From IMG/VR virus record IMGVR_UViG_3300046003_007106, positions 1 through 56,227 of that record: a stretch of DNA of 56,227 nt, one strand, 5' to 3'. The DNA comes from a virus. Taxonomy: Duplodnaviria > Caudoviricetes. The translations under genes and the position numbers were made by a program. Below, in pieces: positions 20,547-30,578 of the stretch. The notes beneath the pieces are model-generated. The model saw only the letters and a program-made list of their open reading frames with translations, did not search any database and was not told where the DNA came from. Numbering within the stretch: position 1 is the first letter of the stretch; every line of letters begins with the position of its first letter.

Positions 20547-21735
20547 CGAATACAATAACACCGAAATTTTAGGTAATGATTATAAACAAGAATCAAATTC
20601 TTTTATCACACATTTTGTGAATGGAGCTTTATGTGAGATTAAAGGACCGATATCAAAAAAATACAAGGTTGTTTTTTCTGATAATAAAACTGGATATGTT
20701 CATTACGTATCCGAAATCACAAACAATATGTGGGTTAAAAGCACCATTGAATATTTTGTTGAATGGAATATTAAAGTTTATGAATTAGATACCGATGAAT
20801 TGGTTTTTGAACACATATATGATTGTAAAGACAAGCGAGTTTATATTCACCTAGATAGCTCTGCCATTGGTGATACAATGGCTTGGTTTCCTTATGTAGA
20901 TGAGTTTAGAAAAAAACACGGTTGTAAAGTACTGTGCTCAACATACCATAATGAGTGGTTCGAGCAGATGTACCCAGAAATTGAATTTATCAAACCTGGT
21001 ACACCTGTAAATGATTTATATGCTATGTATAAAATCGGTTGGTTTTATGATGACAAAGAAATCGTTAAATCTAAAATACCGATCGACTTTAAACAACATC
21101 CGTTACAAGAAGCTAGTTCATGTATTTTAGGGCTTGATTATACAGAAATCAAACCAAAAATATCCGTACCTGACGAACCTAGTAGAATTGAAGGTAAATA
21201 CGTAATTATTGCACCACACGCATCTGCGCATGCTAAGTATTGGAATCACCCAGGTGGATGGCAAGGTGTTATTGATCACTTAAATGATAATGGTTATAAG
21301 GTTGTTATGATCACATCAGAAAAATTAGGTGACGAATGGCATGATTCCAAACTTGGTGGTACGTTAAATAATGTTATTGATAAAACTGGTGGTCATATTA
21401 ACCTTGTTGACCGAATGATTGATATTAAACATGCGTCAGCCTTTATTGGTCTTGGTAGTGGATTAAGTTGGTTATCTTGGGCCATTGGAACACCTACGGT
21501 TCTTATTTCAGGGTTTAGTTACCCTTTATCAGAGTTTTCTGATTGCGAAAGAATATTCAATCCAGATGTTTGTAACGGATGTTTTAATAGACATTGGTTA
21601 AACCCAGGGGATTGGGAATGGTGCCCAGATCATAAAGATACCCCAAGACATTTTGAGTGTTCTAAAACCATTAAAACTCAAACGGTTATAGATGCCGTTA
21701 ATAAACTTTTAATTGAAAAAAAGGGGTTTTTATAA
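20527..21735 (+). CDS. Autotransporter strand-loop-strand O-heptosyltransferase-like (TibC/Aah, GT9-like fold)
   Basis: AIGDTMAWFPYVDEFRKKH, FIGLGSGLSWLSWA, ISGFS, Cys motif CNGC...WCPDH...FECSK. Confidence 0.8.
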   Translation: MKDILINEYNNTEILGNDYKQESNSFITHFVNGALCEIKGPISKKYKVVFSDNKTGYVHYVSEITNNMWVKSTIEYFVEWNIKVYELDTDELVFEHIYDCKDKRVYIHLDSSAIGDTMAWFPYVDEFRKKHGCKVLCSTYHNEWFEQMYPEIEFIKPGTPVNDLYAMYKIGWFYDDKEIVKSKIPIDFKQHPLQEASSCILGLDYTEIKPKISVPDEPSRIEGKYVIIAPHASAHAKYWNHPGGWQGVIDHLNDNGYKVVMITSEKLGDEWHDSKLGGTLNNVIDKTGGHINLVDRMIDIKHASAFIGLGSGLSWLSWAIGTPTVLISGFSYPLSEFSDCERIFNPDVCNGCFNRHWLNPGDWEWCPDHKDTPRHFECSKTIKTQTVIDAVNKLLIEKKGFL

Positions 21736-21838
21736 AAAAAAATAGGTAAAAAGTTTTTTGGTAAGTTTTTTTAGGTACCTTTGTTGTTAATTATGTTTAG
21801 TTGTAAAACATATATAACAAAATTAAAACCATATTTTA

Positions 21839-22672
21839 ATGAGTAAAGAAAAATTAAAAGATATACTCTCCACCCCAACTTATTGTGGTCAAGAACAATA
21901 TCTTATAGCAAAAATAACAAGATATCTTAGCGAAAGTAATTTAGATTATGTTATTGATGAGCATGGTAATATCTATGTAACAAAAGGTGTTGCTGATTTC
22001 TATCCTTGTGTTGTAGCGCATACAGATTCAGTCCATAAAATTGTTGAAATGGATATCCTTGAACGTGAGGATGATGAGGAGATTTTGTATGCTGTTGAAA
22101 AGGGTACGAATAAACCAACTGGATGTGGTGGGGATAATAAAGCTGGTGTTTATGTTTGCCTTGAATTACTTGAACGTGTTGAAGTACTTAAAGCTGCTTT
22201 TTTTGTTTCAGAAGAATATGGTTGTTTTGGTTCAATACTTTCAGATGAAACATTCTTTGAAAATGTTGGATATGCATTGCAATTTGATGCACCAGAAAAT
22301 GATTGGGTGACCCATTATTGTAATGGTGTTAAATTATTTGATGAGGAAGGTGATTTTTATAAAACAATCCAACCAATCCTAGAGGATTACATGGGTGATT
22401 ACACTTTGGGTAGACATCCGTACACAGATGTCAGCATCCTAGGGGCTTTTCATGATTTTTCTTGTATCAACTATTCGGTTGGTTACTGGAATATGCACTC
22501 AAAGATAGAGTATGTTAGTATTGGTTATGTACAACAAGCTAAAAACATCGCTTTAGAGGTCATTTCTTCTCTTGGTAACATAAAGTATCCATTTATAGAT
22601 GAAAACATCAAAATGGACAAGGAAAAGGTTAAAGATAAAGCTTTAAAGTCACTTAACGCATTACGAAAGTAA
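21839..22672 (+). CDS. Zinc peptidase (M20/M28/M42 clan)
   Basis: VAHTDSV, GGDNKAG, SEEYG, FD, YWNMHS metal ligands; TACCTTTG -7 element at 21776-21783. Confidence 0.8.
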   Translation: MSKEKLKDILSTPTYCGQEQYLIAKITRYLSESNLDYVIDEHGNIYVTKGVADFYPCVVAHTDSVHKIVEMDILEREDDEEILYAVEKGTNKPTGCGGDNKAGVYVCLELLERVEVLKAAFFVSEEYGCFGSILSDETFFENVGYALQFDAPENDWVTHYCNGVKLFDEEGDFYKTIQPILEDYMGDYTLGRHPYTDVSILGAFHDFSCINYSVGYWNMHSKIEYVSIGYVQQAKNIALEVISSLGNIKYPFIDENIKMDKEKVKDKALKSLNALRK

Positions 22673-22706
22673 AAAAACATTTATATGTAACCAAAATTAA
22701 TGAATA

Positions 22707-22904
22707 TTACATATTTTGATTTACATATGCTATTATTTCATCAGCATCATTAAATTTGCTTCCGTTATAATCCATTGTAGTATCTATTACTATAATACCA
22801 TTGGCTGTCGATAAATGGCATTGTATTTCGCTTATTTTTACACAAGCTCCATTGTTCCATTCTTCTAATCTTACTGCTGTTATTGTGTTGTTGTTTATTA
22901 TCAT
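22707..22904 (-). CDS. Small hypothetical protein (possible fibre partner)
   Basis: 65 aa, ATGA overlap with the upstream gene. Confidence 0.55.
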   Translation of the reverse strand: MIINNNTITAVRLEEWNNGACVKISEIQCHLSTANGIIVIDTTMDYNGSKFNDADEIIAYVNQNM

Positions 22905-24388
22905 GTTTGTCGTATTCTTTCTATTTCGTAGCTTGAACCTTTAAAAGTGTCAAGAGCACTTCCTAATGAGTTTGCTGCTATTATGTATTGATCTATTGTC
23001 CAGTTTATAGCGATGTTTGCAAATGCAGATGTTGAGGTATTTGTATATTCAAAAGCTGAATTCGCGGTAACATTATACGTTTCAGTATTTCCTGTTACAT
23101 TTTTTATATATAACTTTCTGTCCATCTGTTCCATCCTAGGATTTGCGGTTGTTGACCAACTACCTAATAATGTTGCACCTGAAACTGTGCTAGTTGTGTT
23201 TATATATATGAACGCAAAATTACTTCCATTAAACCCTGTTTTCTGTCCTCTCCAACTGATTCGAACAATGTCACCAGCAGCAAAGGTGTTTGCTGGGATT
23301 AATTGTGAATATATTAATGTTAACGCTGTTGAACTACTTACTACTGCGCTGTCATTTACATTTACTACTCTATATGCTGGAGCCGATGTACCAGAAGAAC
23401 CAGCTAAACCAGATGTACCAGAAGAACCAGCTAAACCAGATGTACCAGCTAAACCAGATGTACCAGCTAAACCAGATGTACCAGAAGAACCAGCAGGACC
23501 TTGTTGTGCCCAAGTACTATGAATATGTGAATATGTGTTTGAAGATTGAAAATAAACTTGAGCTTGATGAGAACTTGCGTTTCTATTTCTTGATGTAACG
23601 AGAACTAAAAATCTATCATAACCTGTAATATCAATTGGGTTTTGAATATACATGTTAAGTTCATAAACTTCCGAAGCAACATGGTCCCTTAGATACTCTA
23701 TATCTGAACCATTTGCAATTAAATTAGTCCAAACACCCTCTGAAGTCCCACCTAATAAATAAAATCTCAATCCAATATTATTTACATCATTATTAGCATC
23801 AGCTTTAGCATAAATATTCATTACCCATATACCAGGGGGTAATACATTATGAGTATTGACAGGTAATGTATTTTTGTATATTGCAAACTGAGCAACCATG
23901 ACATCCACGGTATTTGAGTTTGGTGTTGAATAACTAATTATTGTTTGTGAGTCTGTTAAATCAGGTGTTAAACCTAATTCACTTATATCAGCGTTTGTTG
24001 TTGGGGTAATTGTAATAGAAGTGGCGTTTTGAAGAGTTTGTCCAATTGCCTCACCTAATGTTGCATTACTAACGACAGATAGATTAGGTGAAACGTCATT
24101 AATGTAATTCATGTATAAAACATAACCACCTGCACCTGCACTATCAGTACCACTTGTACCAGAAGAACCAGTTAAACCAGATGTACCAGAAGAACCAGTT
24201 AAACCAGATGTACCAGATGAACCTGAAGTACCAGATGATCCTGAAGTTCTTGAAACACCTGAAGTACCTGATGAACCAGTACCGACACTTTCTATAGCAC
24301 TCTTTAGATTTACAAAGTTACCATCTAGTTCCGCATAGGTTAGTGCTCTTCCTAGCTCATTTCTAGAATAAATTGTTATGTCCGCCAT
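22901..24388 (-). CDS. Fibre/appendage-like protein with GSSGTSG repeats
   Basis: N-terminal RALTYAELDGNF motif seen in phage fibre proteins, two SGTSG repeat blocks, beta-rich domains; TATTTATA on minus strand at 24415-24422. Confidence 0.6.
   Translation of the reverse strand: MADITIYSRNELGRALTYAELDGNFVNLKSAIESVGTGSSGTSGVSRTSGSSGTSGSSGTSGLTGSSGTSGLTGSSGTSGTDSAGAGGYVLYMNYINDVSPNLSVVSNATLGEAIGQTLQNATSITITPTTNADISELGLTPDLTDSQTIISYSTPNSNTVDVMVAQFAIYKNTLPVNTHNVLPPGIWVMNIYAKADANNDVNNIGLRFYLLGGTSEGVWTNLIANGSDIEYLRDHVASEVYELNMYIQNPIDITGYDRFLVLVTSRNRNASSHQAQVYFQSSNTYSHIHSTWAQQGPAGSSGTSGLAGTSGLAGTSGLAGSSGTSGLAGSSGTSAPAYRVVNVNDSAVVSSSTALTLIYSQLIPANTFAAGDIVRISWRGQKTGFNGSNFAFIYINTTSTVSGATLLGSWSTTANPRMEQMDRKLYIKNVTGNTETYNVTANSAFEYTNTSTSAFANIAINWTIDQYIIAANSLGSALDTFKGSSYEIERIRQT
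23385..23495 (-). repeat. Tandem repeats encoding (GSS)GTSGLA
   Basis: Repeated GATGTACCAG(AAGAACCAG)CTAAACCA units. Confidence 0.85.
24147..24282 (-). repeat. Tandem repeats encoding SGSSGTSG(LT)
   Basis: Repeated GTACCAGAAGAACCAGTTAAACCAGAT-like units. Confidence 0.8.
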
Positions 24389-24472
24389 TTATATATTATT
24401 TTAAACTATTAATATATAAATAGTATCAAATACCAATAAAACAACAGTACCAAGCTTTTTTTTTATTATTTT

Positions 24473-26938
24473 TTACTCTGTAATATTCACATTAATCTTA
24501 TCAGCTTTAAGATTATAAGTTAAACCTATTTTACCAGACTTAGGCATTTGTTTACGTAACATTTCATCAGAAATTGGATCTTCAACATATTTTTGTATGG
24601 TTCTTTGAATTTCTCTTGCACCATATAATTTATTAAAACCTTTTTCTAGAATAAATTCTTTAATTTTTTTATCAATTTTAAGCGTAAAACCCATTTCCTT
24701 TAAATGGTTTTCAAAATCTTTTAACCGTAACTCAATGATTTTAATCACATCATCTTGCGATAAATAATTAAAATAAACGATTTCATCTAAACGATTAATA
24801 AATTCTGGTTTAAAAGTTTTCTTAAGATTCTTTTCAATAATACTTTTTGAATTAGCAGCACTCTCAGTTTCAGAATCATTGAAACCAATCTTTGTACCAA
24901 AATCTTGAACTTCTTTCAAACCGATATTTGATGTCATGATAATAATGGTGTTTTTGAAATTAATTTTTCTACCATTAGCATCAGTTAAATAACCCTCATC
25001 CAATAATTGGAGCATAACATTGAAAATATCTGGATGAGCTTTCTCAATTTCATCAAATAAAACCAAAGAATACGGTTTATTTTTAACTTTTTCGGTTAAT
25101 TGACCACCTTCGTTATAACCAACATATCCTGGGGGGGCTCCAATTAATTTACTGATGTTAAATTTCTCAGAATACTCTGACATATCAACACGAATAATCG
25201 CGTCCTGTGAACCAAAAACTTTTTCCGCTAAACATTTTGCCAACTCAGTTTTACCAACCCCAGTTGGTCCGATGAACAGAAAAGATCCAATCGGTTTAGA
25301 TTGCTTTCTGATACCAGTTCTATTTCTTTTAATGGAAGAAACAACTTTATCGATTGCATCCGACTGACCAATAACGCAATTAGTTAACTCAGTACCCATG
25401 GCTAATAATTTTGTTATTTCATTTTCAGACACTTTACTAACAGGTATACCTGTCATCATTGAAACTACCTCTGCTATCATATCATCCGTCACAATATTTC
25501 TTTTATCGTTAATTGATAATTTCCAAGCTGAATTTTCTTTATCTAATTCAGTAAGAATCTTTTTTTCTTGATCACGAAGTTGAGCCGCTTGTTCAAAATT
25601 TTGAGTTTTAACAACTTGTTGTTTTTGGTCTTTAATATCTTTTAATTTAGATTCAAGATCTTTAATTTTTTGTGGTGCTTTAACAGCTACCTGTGTTCTT
25701 GAACCAGCCTCATCCATAATGTCAATGGCTTTATCAGGGAACTCTCTATTTGTTATATAACGGTCAGCTAATGCGATGATTTCATCGATAGCCTCTTCTG
25801 TATAAGTTACTTTATGAAAATCCTCATACTTCACTTTAATATTCATTAAGATTTCTTTTGTTTCACCCAATTGTGGTGGGTTAACCATAACTTTCTGGAA
25901 TCTACGATCCAAAGCCCCATCTTTTTCAATATGTTCACGATACTCATCAAGAGTTGTGGCACCGATACATTGCAATTCTCCACGAGCCAACGCTGGTTTA
26001 AATACGTTTGCTGCATCTAAAGAACCAGATGAGTTACCAGCACCAACGATTGTGTGTAATTCATCAATAAATAAGATTACATTAGGGTTATCTTTAGCCT
26101 CATCAACGATAGCCTTGATTCTTTCCTCAAACTGACCACGATATTTTGTACCAGCAACCAATGATGTCATATCCAACGTTACAACACGTTTGTTCATCAA
26201 CGGTCTTGGACAATCACCATTCGCAATTTTAATCGCTAAACTCTCAGCAATCGCTGTTTTACCAACCCCTGGATCACCAATCAAAATCGGGTTATTTTTC
26301 TTTCTTCTTGTTAAAATTTGACAAACTCTCTCAACTTCTGATGCACGACCAATAACAGGATCCAATTTACCTTCTTGAGCCAACACGGTTAAATCACGAC
26401 CAAAATTATCTAATGTTGGTGTTTTTGATTTACTATTTTTGTTAGCTTCATTTAACGGTTTTCTATCTCTAGGTAACTCATCATCATTAGAAAACACACT
26501 TGATTGTGGTGTTGACAATTGCTTAATTTTTTTAGCAATAAAAGTTTTTGTTAAACCATATTCTTTAAACAATTTAACAATCGCGTTATCTTTTTCCATT
26601 GAAACCAAAAAGAAAAGCTCAACAGTAATATAATCAGTTGGTTTTTTTCTGAGAATACATTCTTTTATTGTTTCCTGTAATTCGGGTTCAAAAGGTAATA
26701 TACCATCTTGCTTACCGTTAAATGAGTCTGATAACCTTTTATTAAAATCGTTTAAGTCATTAACCATTACATCAAAATCCAAAACTTTGTTTTTAACAAC
26801 TTCATAGATCATATTCTCGGTAGTAAGTATACCGAATATAACATGCTGTAACTTAAGTGTTGAGTCGCTATACTTAACTGCTACAGATTGGCCTTTAGTA
26901 AAGGCGGTTCTTAACTCATTTGTCATTCTTTCTCTCAT
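24473..26938 (-). CDS. clpC: ATP-dependent Clp protease ATP-binding subunit ClpC
   Basis: Clp N-domain, GDPGVGKT and GPTGVGKT Walker A motifs, [20 protein letters not shown]-like linker, [10 protein letters not shown]. Confidence 0.93.
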   Translation of the reverse strand: MRERMTNELRTAFTKGQSVAVKYSDSTLKLQHVIFGILTTENMIYEVVKNKVLDFDVMVNDLNDFNKRLSDSFNGKQDGILPFEPELQETIKECILRKKPTDYITVELFFLVSMEKDNAIVKLFKEYGLTKTFIAKKIKQLSTPQSSVFSNDDELPRDRKPLNEANKNSKSKTPTLDNFGRDLTVLAQEGKLDPVIGRASEVERVCQILTRRKKNNPILIGDPGVGKTAIAESLAIKIANGDCPRPLMNKRVVTLDMTSLVAGTKYRGQFEERIKAIVDEAKDNPNVILFIDELHTIVGAGNSSGSLDAANVFKPALARGELQCIGATTLDEYREHIEKDGALDRRFQKVMVNPPQLGETKEILMNIKVKYEDFHKVTYTEEAIDEIIALADRYITNREFPDKAIDIMDEAGSRTQVAVKAPQKIKDLESKLKDIKDQKQQVVKTQNFEQAAQLRDQEKKILTELDKENSAWKLSINDKRNIVTDDMIAEVVSMMTGIPVSKVSENEITKLLAMGTELTNCVIGQSDAIDKVVSSIKRNRTGIRKQSKPIGSFLFIGPTGVGKTELAKCLAEKVFGSQDAIIRVDMSEYSEKFNISKLIGAPPGYVGYNEGGQLTEKVKNKPYSLVLFDEIEKAHPDIFNVMLQLLDEGYLTDANGRKINFKNTIIIMTSNIGLKEVQDFGTKIGFNDSETESAANSKSIIEKNLKKTFKPEFINRLDEIVYFNYLSQDDVIKIIELRLKDFENHLKEMGFTLKIDKKIKEFILEKGFNKLYGAREIQRTIQKYVEDPISDEMLRKQMPKSGKIGLTYNLKADKINVNITE

Positions 26939-26958
26939 GATAAAATATATATTTTACG

Positions 26959-27006
26959 CAAAAATAGGAATAATATTGACATAACCAAATTTTTTTCCTA
27001 TTTTTG
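26959..27006. promoter_or_regulatory. Overlapping divergent Bacteroidota-type promoters
   Basis: Minus: TTTG 26989-26986, 19 nt, TATTTTTG 26966-26959 (clpC). Plus: TTG 26976-26978, 20 nt, TATTTTTG 26999-27006. Confidence 0.6.
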
Positions 27007-27021
27007 TTAAAAATAAATATT

Positions 27022-27270
27022 ATGGAAAAAATAACAATCTATTTTAAAGACGGTACGTTTATCGAATATCCTAATTATGACGGGAATAATGTTGTATCTA
27101 TGATAAGCGGTGACCATTTAATTGTAACAACAAAGTCAACACAAGAAACTGATAATGGACCAGTTATCATTAATAACACCATAGTCTATAACTTAGACAC
27201 GGTAAAAAACTTTGTAAAAATAACACCAACAAAAAAATTTAACATCGAAGAAAATGTCAGTAACAAGTAA
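27022..27270 (+). CDS. Hypothetical protein
   Basis: ATG 27022 preferred over TTG 27004, which lies inside the promoter. Confidence 0.6.
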   Translation: MEKITIYFKDGTFIEYPNYDGNNVVSMISGDHLIVTTKSTQETDNGPVIINNTIVYNLDTVKNFVKITPTKKFNIEENVSNK

Positions 27271-27496
27271 ACAATATTTAGGCGAGAACGTTGTAGTTTC
27301 GTATGAAAGCTCAAACATTAAAGAAGGTAAGTATAATACCAACACTAAAAAACTACAAGTAACATTTAATAATGGTATGATTTATGAATACGATGATGTG
27401 CCACATGAAACTTTCGCTGCTATGAATTTAGCCGAGAGTCAAGGTAAATACTTCAACACAAACATCGCAAAAGCATTCACCTATAGAAAACTTTAA
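27254..27496 (+). CDS. KTSC domain protein
   Basis: SSNI...Y...LQVTFNNGMIYEYDDVP...AESQGKYFNTNI. Confidence 0.88.
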   Translation: MSVTSKQYLGENVVVSYESSNIKEGKYNTNTKKLQVTFNNGMIYEYDDVPHETFAAMNLAESQGKYFNTNIAKAFTYRKL

Positions 27497-27598
27497 TATA
27501 CGTATGTTAGTACATACCACAAAACGGTGAACATTATATTTCTAAATAATTTGGATAGGATTACTTAATTTAACTGAAAACAGAGGTATTTATCTAAT

Positions 27599-28342
27599 AT
27601 GGACAATATTTTAAAAAGCTTTACTGTTCGACCTAGTTTATATTCGGATATATGGGAAAATCCATCATCTGATAACTTTAAAGGTATAAAACTTAAAAAA
27701 GAAATTAGAGAACGTTTAATTGCTATCTCAAAAGATTTTATTGAAAGTCTTGGTGTTGATAGTTTTGCTATTGAGGACATTTTGTTTGTTGGTAGTTTAG
27801 CTAACTATAACTGGTCAGAATATTCTGATATTGATTTACATGTCGTTATAGATAAAAAAGCTGTTAATGATGATAATATCTTGGTTGATGAATTTTTCAC
27901 AGCTAAAAAAGAGTTATATAATTTAAAACACGATATAAAAATCAAAGGGTTTGATGTTGAATTGTATGTTCAAGATATTGAAGAAGTTTTAGATGCAGCA
28001 GACGGTGTATACAGTATTCTCTATAGTAAATGGAGAAAAGAACCGAGCAAAGAAAAACCAGAAATAAATAAAAAAGATATTGTTAAAAAAGTAAAAGAGT
28101 TTGATAAAAAATTAATGGATATTGCTAATGAAAAGGATGCAGATGCCAAGATTTTAAAACTAAAAAAACTAAAAGAAAAGATTAAAGCTTACAGAAAAAG
28201 CGGGTTAAACGCAACTGGAGAGTTCAGCACTGAGAATTTAGTTTTCAAATATTTAAGAAGATCTGGGTATATGGATAAATTAGCTGATATAGGTATTGAT
28301 GTTAAAGATGAATTTTTATCCCTAGAAAACATAGAATATTGA
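27599..28342 (+). CDS. Nucleotidyltransferase (Pol-beta superfamily)
   Basis: GSLANYNWSEYSDIDLH (GS...DxD) and VELYVQD; TATTTAT at 27587-27593. Confidence 0.75.
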   Translation: MDNILKSFTVRPSLYSDIWENPSSDNFKGIKLKKEIRERLIAISKDFIESLGVDSFAIEDILFVGSLANYNWSEYSDIDLHVVIDKKAVNDDNILVDEFFTAKKELYNLKHDIKIKGFDVELYVQDIEEVLDAADGVYSILYSKWRKEPSKEKPEINKKDIVKKVKEFDKKLMDIANEKDADAKILKLKKLKEKIKAYRKSGLNATGEFSTENLVFKYLRRSGYMDKLADIGIDVKDEFLSLENIEY

Positions 28343-28400
28343 TATTTTACTCTTTTCGCTTATATTTATAAGAAGAATAATAATTTTAAATTACTAAGAT

Positions 28401-28772
28401 ATGAAACCAATAGGTTCTGAAAAAATAGAAAACATAGACGAAAAATTAGCTAGAATCTTAGAGATTGCTGGTATTAAAAAAGAATTGGTTAACGAAAGCA
28501 AACCAACTATCGGACATTTGTCTAGTGTATTACACGAAGCTGTAGCAGCTAATGGTACTGAATATGGTATCGTACAAGAAGAAAGACACGTTTACATTAA
28601 ATCTAAAAATGAAAATGGTGGGTATGATTATTTAACAGGGATTCAAAACATCCATGAACATTCTTACAAATCATACGCTGACGCTTTAAAACATTTAAAC
28701 ATGATGTTTAAGGATATTAACGAATCTGTTGATTTTAAAGAAAATATCGATGTTTTAAAAAAAAAAGTATAA
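28401..28772 (+). CDS. Hypothetical protein, N-terminal part of a probable frameshifted gene
   Basis: Ends at slippery GTT TTA AAA AAA AAA GTA TAA; has leader-like IDEKLARILEIAGI...LVNE. Confidence 0.65.
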   Translation: MKPIGSEKIENIDEKLARILEIAGIKKELVNESKPTIGHLSSVLHEAVAANGTEYGIVQEERHVYIKSKNENGGYDYLTGIQNIHEHSYKSYADALKHLNMMFKDINESVDFKENIDVLKKKV

Positions 28773-28837
28773 CTGAACGTTATATTTTAAAACTTAAAAA
28801 TAGTGATGCGGTACCAGCCGTTGATACGACAGTAGAT

Positions 28838-29323
28838 ATGGGTATGGACGCAACAGTTGACGCAACGGAACCAGCTGAACAATCAGCTGAATTAGCCACA
28901 GACTTTTCAAGTGAAACACCCGCTGATACGGGTATGGATACAACAGCTGATACAACAGCTGATACAACAGTTGATCCAGCGGTAGAAGCACCCGCTCAAG
29001 AAACAGGCGGTGAAAATACTGACGAACCTATTTTAAAAACAGTTCAAAAACTTACTGGTAAAATCACTCAAAAAATGAGAGAAGGTGCACAGGAATTAGA
29101 ATCAAAAGATTATAAATATGTTGTTAACTCAATCTTATCTGCGATCGACATGACAAAGATGACAGAAGAGGATATGAATGATATATTAAATAAATTACAA
29201 AACAAAGATTCTGAAGATACAGCAAACGCTGAACCAGCACCAGAAGAACAACCAGTTCAAGAACAACCAAGACGGTTTCAAAAATCAGTTATAGATGAAT
29301 TCCTAAGTACTTTAGGTAGATAA
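28838..29323 (+). CDS. Acidic protein, probable -1-frame continuation of 28401..28772
   Basis: This frame is open from 28739 through the A10 run (SITERYILKLKNSDAVPAVDTTVDM...). Confidence 0.6.
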   Translation: MGMDATVDATEPAEQSAELATDFSSETPADTGMDTTADTTADTTVDPAVEAPAQETGGENTDEPILKTVQKLTGKITQKMREGAQELESKDYKYVVNSILSAIDMTKMTEEDMNDILNKLQNKDSEDTANAEPAPEEQPVQEQPRRFQKSVIDEFLSTLGR

Positions 29324-29325
29324 AT

Positions 29326-29354
29326 AAAATCCCCTTTTGGGGATTTGTTTTTTT
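29326..29354 (+). terminator. Intrinsic terminator overlapping the next promoter
   Basis: AAATCCCC/GGGGATTT hairpin with T-tract; TTTG 29344-29347 and TATTTTTG 29368-29375 follow. Confidence 0.65.
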
Positions 29355-29391
29355 AAAACCTTTTTATTATTTTTGTACAAATAAGTATAAA

Positions 29392-29961
29392 ATGATAGTA
29401 GGTGTTTTAGGAAAAAAACGTTCAGGTAAAGATACAACAGGTGATTACCTTGTTGCTAACAAAAATTTTGTAAAATATAGTTTTGCTAACCCAATTAAAC
29501 GCGGGGCTATGGAGTTGTTCGGTTTTACCGAACAACAGGTTTTTGGCGATGCTAAAGATGAAATTGACCCAACCTGGGGGATTACACCAAGATTGGTGCT
29601 ACAAATAATGGGTACCGAAGTATTTCAATATGATATGCCGAAGTATATACCAGAATTACAAACATTTGGTCGTGGATTTTGGGTTAAACGTTTTGAGCAA
29701 TGGTATGAACAAAACAGAGATTTAGATGTGGTTATTTGCGATGTAAGATTTCAACATGAAGTTGATTCCATATTAAAAATGGGTGGTGTTATTTGGTCTG
29801 TAAACCGTCCAAATTTAACTAGTGGTGATGAGCATGCATCTGAAAAAGAAATGGATTTAATCACTGGTATAACAACCGAAATAATAAACGATCGTACTTT
29901 AGCTGATTTCTATAATAAGATTGATAATCAATTATATGATTTACGAAAATCCGTTAGCTGA
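29392..29961 (+). CDS. Deoxynucleoside monophosphate kinase (T4 gp1-like)
   Basis: GKKRSGKDT P-loop, SFANPIK, TPRLVLQIMGTE, ICDVRFQHE, HASE. Confidence 0.88.
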   Translation: MIVGVLGKKRSGKDTTGDYLVANKNFVKYSFANPIKRGAMELFGFTEQQVFGDAKDEIDPTWGITPRLVLQIMGTEVFQYDMPKYIPELQTFGRGFWVKRFEQWYEQNRDLDVVICDVRFQHEVDSILKMGGVIWSVNRPNLTSGDEHASEKEMDLITGITTEIINDRTLADFYNKIDNQLYDLRKSVS

Positions 29962-30313
29962 GATATTATCAGTACATAAATTTAAGGTTAATAGAGCCAC
30001 AGCTGAGATGTTATGTTACGCTTTTAACAAAGAGGTTAAATGTGACAGAAAAATTAATATACAGTTATTTAGTAGATTTACTAAATATAACCCATTATAT
30101 GTTTTTAATTATGGTGGAGTCATTAATGAATCGGTTAAAAACCAACCAATAACATTACAAGGTGTTGAAATTGCTGTTCCAGCTGGAAAAGAAGAAGAGT
30201 TTTTAGATGAGAATTCTAACTATGTATTCTATGGGGGGCCAAGCTCTAGTATAGAATGGTTAGATGATGATTTTAATTCTACGGTATATGGAAACTGTAG
30301 GATTAACTTTTAA
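29936..30313 (+). CDS. Hypothetical protein
   Basis: ATG 29936 overlaps the kinase 3' end. Confidence 0.6.
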   Translation: MIYENPLAEILSVHKFKVNRATAEMLCYAFNKEVKCDRKINIQLFSRFTKYNPLYVFNYGGVINESVKNQPITLQGVEIAVPAGKEEEFLDENSNYVFYGGPSSSIEWLDDDFNSTVYGNCRINF

Positions 30314-30578
30314 TTATCTTTAACCTTAGATTACCAGTACCTTTTATAACCCTATGCCAATCATGCCTTGCTATTTTTAGTGAGACATTTTCTTTTAAAG
30401 GTATGGGTAATTGATTATCGTATTGGAATTTCCAATCGGTTGTATTTAAAACCTCAACGATACGGTCCTCATTATCTCTATGCCACATAAGTTCAATCGG
30501 ATCGATATTCTCATCAAATTCCCTTATCACATAGTTTTCACCTATTTCGATATCTTTATACGGTTTACCAGTATCCAC
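30303..30578 (-). CDS. Small cupin-like protein
   Basis: ELMWHRDNEDR...WHRVIKG His motifs. Confidence 0.6.
   Translation of the reverse strand: MDTGKPYKDIEIGENYVIREFDENIDPIELMWHRDNEDRIVEVLNTTDWKFQYDNQLPIPLKENVSLKIARHDWHRVIKGTGNLRLKIIKS

Noticed and set aside
23385-24282. Tandem DNA repeats as a possible CRISPR array
   Set aside because: Units are 9-27 bp codon multiples without unique spacers and encode SGTSG peptide repeats
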